Shown here: in pieces, positions 62,281 to 64,000 of the stretch
How positions within the stretch are numbered: the stretch's first letter is position 1
Layout of the letters: each line of letters begins with the position of its first letter
IMG/VR virus record: IMGVR_UViG_3300036766_001722
Source: an uncultured virus (IMG/VR IMGVR_UViG_3300036766_001722)
Lineage: Duplodnaviria > Heunggongvirae > Uroviricota > Caudoviricetes
Length of the DNA: 64,000 nt
Direction: 5' to 3' (one strand)
The notes under the pieces: generated by a model
What the model was told of the DNA's origin: nothing
The model's database searches: none
The model's input: only the letters and a program-made list of their open reading frames with translations
Position numbers and translations under genes: made by a program

Positions 62281-62879
62281 AGCCGGAAGATTTGATCCCT
62301 GTCGCCACGGCCGTCGGTGCGACGCTAGCCACGCTCGGCGTGCCGCGGCTCATCAAGGCGGTTGGCGAAGCGTGGAAGAAGCGGGCGGAGGCCGGTGCCG
62401 ATGTCGTCGTGATCAACGCGACGACGCAGGCCAAGACGCGGGAGGCCGACAGCACCGCGAAGCACAAGCTGGAAGCCGAACGCGCCGCGCTCGACAGCGA
62501 GCAAGAGAAGCGTGTGTTCGACCGGCTCATGGCGAAGGTCGAGGAGCACGACAAGACGCGCGAGGATAGGATCATCTACCTCGAACAGCACGTTGCGACG
62601 CTGGAACGGGAGCGGGATGCGGCGAGAACTGCTCGCGACGACCTTCAGCGCACGGCGCAAGATCTCGCTGAGCGTGCTTCGATGGTCGCCACTACCCTCG
62701 CGAAGACGGAGCGTCGCGTGCTCGAGTTGACCGCGACTTGCACGCGTCTCGAAGAACTGCTGGCGGGAGCGAAGGAGCAGATCGAGCAGCTTCGAGCAGC
62801 GCTGCACATCGCGCACCTGGAGAAGGCAGATCTCGAAGCGCAGCTCGAACGAGAGCGCGCCCGCGGCACCGCCGGTTAG
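62277..62879 (+). CDS. N-terminally anchored coiled-coil protein (possible lysis accessory)
   Basis: Hydrophobic LIPVATAVGATLATLGV followed by a long coiled coil. Confidence 0.6.
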   Translation: MKPEDLIPVATAVGATLATLGVPRLIKAVGEAWKKRAEAGADVVVINATTQAKTREADSTAKHKLEAERAALDSEQEKRVFDRLMAKVEEHDKTREDRIIYLEQHVATLERERDAARTARDDLQRTAQDLAERASMVATTLAKTERRVLELTATCTRLEELLAGAKEQIEQLRAALHIAHLEKADLEAQLERERARGTAG

Positions 62880-63244
62880 GCCGACTTCGCCGCCCAGACG
62901 AGGAAGCCGAACGCGCCCACGTAGATCGCCGGAATGATCCACGTCGGCATCGGCGTCATTATGTCGGCGGGCAGAGGCTGCAACTGGACGGTGGGCTGCA
63001 TCGGCACCGTGCTGTTCGTGGTCGTCACGGCCGGGCTCATCGTCTGAACCGCCACGTCCGCCGCTGTCGGCTGCGGCATCGTCAGCACGTCCGTGGGCGG
63101 CTGCGCTTTGAGGTGGTGCTCGCGACACATGGCGTCCGCGTCTCCGCCCGGTGGCATGCCGATGATGGAACCGTCGGCGCAGGTCACAGCGACTGCCTGT
63201 GGCACCTGTCCGAGACTGCGACGCGTAGGCCGGTGATAGCTCAT
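62876..63244 (-). CDS. Putative virion membrane protein (MSYH, SLGQ, Pro/Thr linker, C-terminal TM)
   Basis: MSYHRPTRRSLGQVP...WIIPAIYVGAFGFLVWAAKSA. Confidence 0.75.
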   Translation of the reverse strand: MSYHRPTRRSLGQVPQAVAVTCADGSIIGMPPGGDADAMCREHHLKAQPPTDVLTMPQPTAADVAVQTMSPAVTTTNSTVPMQPTVQLQPLPADIMTPMPTWIIPAIYVGAFGFLVWAAKSA

Positions 63245-63288
63245 GCGTGGATGATAGCTGGCTCCGATGATGACGATCAAAATAGTTC

Positions 63289-63317
63289 TTGACGTGAGCT
63301 TGGGCCCCAGTTAGGGT
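63289..63317 (+). promoter_or_regulatory. Putative sigma70-like promoter
   Basis: TTGACG-17 nt-TAGGGT upstream of 63368. Confidence 0.55.
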
Positions 63318-63367
63318 GCTCTTCGAGACTAAGCCGCTGCGGGTCGAAGTGCCGAACCCTGTGCAAA

Positions 63368-64000
63368 ATGGCTCTGGTCTACACTGCAAGCAGCGAACGA
63401 GAGGCGCGTGAGTACGCGCGGGTTCCTGGGATGGAACCGAACGGTCCCGGCGTCAGTGCGCTGACCGTCGTCAACCCGGGGAAGGCCCCTCGGGGTCGCG
63501 GTTTCAAGTGGGTCTCCAACGGGAGCAAAAAGAAGATGCCCTATACGGTCGCCAGCCTCCGTCGTGCTCGTCGCAATCCCGCGACCGGGCATCGTTCGGT
63601 GTTGGAGGCCGCGCGTGCGATGGACATCGGCAGCACGCCTTCGGGTACGCGCAAGCGCAAGTCGAAGGTGTCGGTCCGCAAGGGCAAGACGCACGCGAAG
63701 GTCCACGCCCACGGCAAGAAGAGCCGCAAGGGCAAGCGCAAGTCGTCGGGCGCGGCCCGCGCGACTCGCAAGAGCAGCAAGAAGAGCCGTCGCAGCGGTG
63801 GCGGTCTCCGCCGCATCTCGCGGCTCTTCAACCGTCCGGTCACGAGCAACCGTCGCAGCAAGCGTCGCAGCAAGCGCAAGTCGATGAAGAAGAACGCGGG
63901 AGTCAACATGTCCAGCCGTCGTAGAGGGCGCCGAGTGCGCCGCAATTCGCGTCGTCGTCGTACCCGTCGCAACCCGGGCGTGCGCTACGTGGTGGCCAAC
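63368..64000 (+). CDS. Highly basic Arg/Lys/Ser-rich protein with repeated Asn motifs (candidate DNA-condensing core protein); runs off the right edge
   Basis: Not in the ORF track; translated by hand: MALVYTASS...VVNPGK...VSNGSKKK...RRARRNPA...TSNRRSKRR...KKNAG...RRNSRRRRTRRNPGVRYVVAN. Confidence 0.85.
   Translation, partial: MALVYTASSEREAREYARVPGMEPNGPGVSALTVVNPGKAPRGRGFKWVSNGSKKKMPYTVASLRRARRNPATGHRSVLEAARAMDIGSTPSGTRKRKSKVSVRKGKTHAKVHAHGKKSRKGKRKSSGAARATRKSSKKSRRSGGGLRRISRLFNRPVTSNRRSKRRSKRKSMKKNAGVNMSSRRRGRRVRRNSRRRRTRRNPGVRYVVAN

Overview
GC-rich window that looks like part of a large bacterial virus genome, with genes running off both edges. No terminase, portal, tail, recognisable major capsid, integrase, tRNA or CRISPR array was seen. 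(1) 1-19.8 kb, minus strand: a tightly coupled operon of about 20 probable virion or membrane proteins, next to a transglutaminase-like cysteine protease and interrupted by an intact TnpB. Most share one layout: M-S/T-Y start, a (G)-L/V/I/M-G-Q/D/A/T motif, a Pro/Thr/Ala linker, one transmembrane helix, and a basic tail with Asn-centred motifs (RRNP, KKN, xNRRR). (2) 20.3-46.8 kb, plus strand: early and replication genes, including a MoxR AAA/VWA pair, HTH, SSAP-like and SSB-like proteins, an intein-containing SF2 helicase, an HD/DUF3850 fusion, a DEDDh exonuclease, an AEP primase and a large Cys-cluster helicase-like protein. (3) 46.8-64 kb: a truncated second TnpB, a SleB-like lysin, a GHKL ATPase, a dual-specificity phosphatase, two DNA methyltransferases, an HNH nuclease, a five-module kinase/peptidase protein, a DUF4160/DUF2442 pair, a NUDIX hydrolase, two more GLG/TM proteins and a very basic RRNP protein cut by the window end. 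The best candidate for an undescribed system is a two-motif (phiG|x and Asn) protein maturation and cargo-loading scheme in a probable tailless, membrane-containing virus. A second notable signal is a palindromic operator (ACAACCTGTC-S-GACAGGTTGT) repeated at 7-8 intergenic or gene-start sites. All family calls come from motif recognition by eye, and no database searches were run. Many starts were moved from the ORF track to ATGA/GTGA stop-start overlaps.
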